The position numbers and the translations under genes were made by a program. The notes beneath the pieces were generated by a model that made no database searches, was not told the origin of the DNA, and was given only the letters and a program-made list of their open reading frames with translations. Positions 30,209 to 32,000 of a DNA stretch of 32,000 nt are shown in pieces; position 1 is the stretch's first letter; each line of letters begins with the position of its first letter. Origin of the DNA: Synechococcus sp. A15-28 (GTDB lineage Bacteria > Cyanobacteriota > Cyanobacteriia > PCC-6307 > Cyanobiaceae). The stretch covers positions 2,040,001-2,072,000 of the forward strand of contig NZ_CP047931.1 of assembly GCF_014280175.1 (NCBI RefSeq), in the 5' to 3' direction.

Positions 30209-30484
30209 ATGTCCAGCAGCGATCCAAGTGATCCCCTCAATATTGCCCTCTCGGCTCGGGAGATTGAGATCATCGAATTGGTGGCCGAGGGTCTCACCAA
30301 TCAGGAGATCGCTGATCGGCTGACCATCAGCAAACGCACGGTGGACAACCACGTCAGCAATGTGTTCACCAAAACCGGCTCGAAAAACCGCGTGGCCCTG
30401 CTGAACTGGGCGATGGACAACGGCAAGATCTGCCGGGACGGCTTCAACTGCTGTGCCCTTCCAGATGCCGACGGCCCCGAATGA
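30209..30484 (+). CDS. Small LuxR-type HTH transcriptional regulator (PedR-like) with a C-terminal Cys cluster
   Basis: LSAREIEIIELVAEGLTNQEIADRLTISKRTVDNHVSNVFTKTGSKNRVAL is a GerE/LuxR HTH. Start taken as ATG 30209 (91 aa), preceded by GAGG. The track ORF starts at 30140. Confidence 0.85.
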   Translation: MSSSDPSDPLNIALSAREIEIIELVAEGLTNQEIADRLTISKRTVDNHVSNVFTKTGSKNRVALLNWAMDNGKICRDGFNCCALPDADGPE

Positions 30485-30629
30485 TCACCCCCGGCTGAGC
30501 TGGATCGGGGAGGTCTTGGAGTGAGCTGGGGGCCAGCTGAATCTGGAACAAGGCGGCGTATTCGACGCAGGCTTCCAGGCTGGAACCGACAAAGCGCAGC
30601 ATTCCTTCCCGGTCGTACAAACCCACCAT
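30444..30629 (-). CDS. Candidate small ORF (61 aa) downstream of the CYTH gene
   Basis: ATG at 30629, sequence MVGLYDREGMLRFVGSSLEACVEYAALFQIQ.... About 70% G/C at third positions by my own count. Its 3' end overlaps the convergent LuxR gene by 41 nt. I recognise no homologue. Confidence 0.3.
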   Translation of the reverse strand: MVGLYDREGMLRFVGSSLEACVEYAALFQIQLAPSSLQDLPDPAQPGVIIRGRRHLEGHSS

Positions 30630-30687
30630 CGGCGTCACGCCAGTACAGGCAAATCTAAAGCAAATCAAAAGAGACTTCCAGGCTGGC

Positions 30688-31194
30688 TCAGGCAAAACCG
30701 AACGCCTCTCGCTCCGCCAGGGGCCAATCCTGCAGAGGCCGCCGGGCCAGGGCTGCATTGGACCAACGACCATCCCCGGTGATCTCGCGCCCGCACCAGG
30801 CCGGAATCTCAAGCGCTGTCTGCGCAGACGGCAATTCCACCTCCGCCAGCAGCAGCGGGCCATTGCGTCCTGCAAACTGATCCACGACCCAGTCCCCACC
30901 AACCAGCGACAGGGCAAAACGGGTCTTCTCCAGACGATGGGGAGCCAGGGTCCACAGCGACTCGGCATCCGAAACCGGAATGGCGTACTCGAATTCATGG
31001 CGCACCAGCCCGATGGCGTCAGCGGCCGCCTTCAGGGTCAGCCAGGCGGCCTCTACGCCACGCAGACGAACACGCACCGTCACCCCATCGGCGCTGGCGG
31101 CCAGATAGCCCTGGCGCAGCGGCTGGGGCGCTCCAGCCAACGATCGCCAGCCCTCACCGGTCAGGAGAAAGCGTCGTTCGATTTCGACAGCCAC
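30688..31194 (-). CDS. CYTH-domain protein (triphosphate tunnel metalloenzyme family)
   Basis: The N-terminal EIERRFLL matches the CYTH ExExK/R signature. 168 aa of beta-rich sequence. The GTG start lies 7 nt after the nadK stop. Confidence 0.8.
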   Translation of the reverse strand: MAVEIERRFLLTGEGWRSLAGAPQPLRQGYLAASADGVTVRVRLRGVEAAWLTLKAAADAIGLVRHEFEYAIPVSDAESLWTLAPHRLEKTRFALSLVGGDWVVDQFAGRNGPLLLAEVELPSAQTALEIPAWCGREITGDGRWSNAALARRPLQDWPLAEREAFGFA

Positions 31195-31201
31195 GGCTCG
31201 C

Positions 31202-32000
31202 TCAGTTATGGGACGGCTGGGCGGCCATCAGGCTTCCGGCCCAGTGCAGCTTGGAGGCCACAGTGCGGTAATAAGAGGGGCTCTGGTTCAGCTGCACCAT
31301 CTGGGCATGGTGGCGTGCCTGTTGCACCACGCAGCACTCGCCGGGTTCCAGCACCGTGCAGCCAACCCCGTCCTTCCACAGCTTGACCCGGTGATCCCCC
31401 GCCCCGAGGGGCCAGATCACCAGACGGGCCCGCGGCGGCACCACCACCGTGCGGCTGGAGAGGCTCATCGGACAGATCGGAGCCACCACGATGGCGTCGA
31501 TGCCGGGATGCAGGATCGGGCCTCCCGCGGCCAGGGCATACCCCGTGGAACCGGTGGGCGTGGAGAGGATCAACCCATCGCCGCGGATCTGGTCCACCAC
31601 TTCCCCATCGATCTCCAGTTCAAGGGTGCAGGTGGGTGAAATCTCGTCGCGGTAGGCGCGCAGATAGAAGTCGTTGAGAGCCCAGTGATGCTCTTCGTCG
31701 TCCTCAAGATCAGGCTGCTGAAGAGGCGCTGGTGCGTTCGCCCGTTCTTCAGCGCTGCGGCGATCCACCATGGCCTGAAGCATCATCCTCCGCTCCATGG
31801 CGTACTGATCGTTGACCAGTCGCTGCCAGATCTCATTGCCCCGGAGAACACGGCGATCGTGGGTGAGGAAGCCGAGATGGCCCCCCACATTGATGCTGAG
31901 GATGGGAATGTCGTACACCGCCAGGTGACGGGCGGCCCCAAGAACCGTGCCATCACCGCCGAGGACCACCGCCAGATCCGGCAGTTGCTCATGGGTTGCC
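31202..32000 (-). CDS. nadK: NAD kinase (5' end outside the window)
   Basis: [14 protein letters not shown]...[10 protein letters not shown]...NDFYL...[22 protein letters not shown]. The frame remains open to the window edge. Confidence 0.92.
   Translation of the reverse strand, partial: ATHEQLPDLAVVLGGDGTVLGAARHLAVYDIPILSINVGGHLGFLTHDRRVLRGNEIWQRLVNDQYAMERRMMLQAMVDRRSAEERANAPAPLQQPDLEDDEEHHWALNDFYLRAYRDEISPTCTLELEIDGEVVDQIRGDGLILSTPTGSTGYALAAGGPILHPGIDAIVVAPICPMSLSSRTVVVPPRARLVIWPLGAGDHRVKLWKDGVGCTVLEPGECCVVQQARHHAQMVQLNQSPSYYRTVASKLHWAGSLMAAQPSHN

Noticed and set aside
30630-30687. Possible glutamine riboswitch or Downstream-peptide motif ahead of the small ORF.
   Set aside because: The only resemblance is a GGAAGT hexamer. 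The 58-nt spacer cannot accommodate the two-stem pseudoknot fold, and I cannot find the conserved ACGGAAG context.
30630-30998. Upstream two-thirds of the 184-aa ORF 30444..30998.
   Set aside because: It overlaps the CYTH gene in another frame and is Arg/Trp/Pro-rich. Only the distal 61 codons, downstream of the CYTH stop, were kept as a low-confidence candidate.

Overview
This window looks like high-GC (about 60%) core chromosome of a marine picocyanobacterium, probably Synechococcus subcluster 5.1. That assignment is inferred from protein signatures and composition. It is densely packed, with about 36 CDS and one tRNA, and almost every ORF is a recognisable housekeeping or photosynthesis gene. 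In order: a 5'-truncated DUF2079-like gene, a stand-alone psbD, a UPF0367-like small protein, an orphan ABC ATPase and tRNA-Asn(GTT). Then rpaA, a holB-tmk-Cu P-type ATPase operon (minus strand), ycf3, radA and rpaB. Then plsX-fabH-fabD-plsC, ycf34-tsaB-ydcF-like (minus strand), a CCA-adding enzyme, an RRM RNA-binding protein and pds-crtB (minus strand). Then ndhM with a DUF3172-like gene, a LysR regulator (RbcR/Ycf30-like), an NnrU-family gene and ndhF-ndhD. Finally a LapA/DUF1049-like membrane protein, scpA, an NDP-sugar pyrophosphorylase, metF, a small LuxR-type regulator, a CYTH-domain protein and a 5'-truncated nadK. I found no CRISPR array, transposase or integrase, phage genes, toxin-antitoxin pair, recognisable defence gene or compositional island. 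I therefore do not think this is an accessory region, and I cannot support a claim of a new system here. The points worth a second look are modest. Several unknown-function genes are translationally coupled to known ones (ndhM with DUF3172-like, nadK with CYTH and a candidate small ORF, UPF0367 with an orphan ABC ATPase). An NnrU (Z-ISO-like) gene sits between the pds-crtB operon and ndhF-ndhD, under a divergent LysR regulator. rpaA and rpaB lie within 7.5 kb of each other. plsX has a probable N-terminal extension. A hairpin sequesters the start codon of the small LuxR gene. Many long antisense ORFs in the track are artefacts of GC3-rich coding. Start codons of several genes are uncertain and are flagged in the features.
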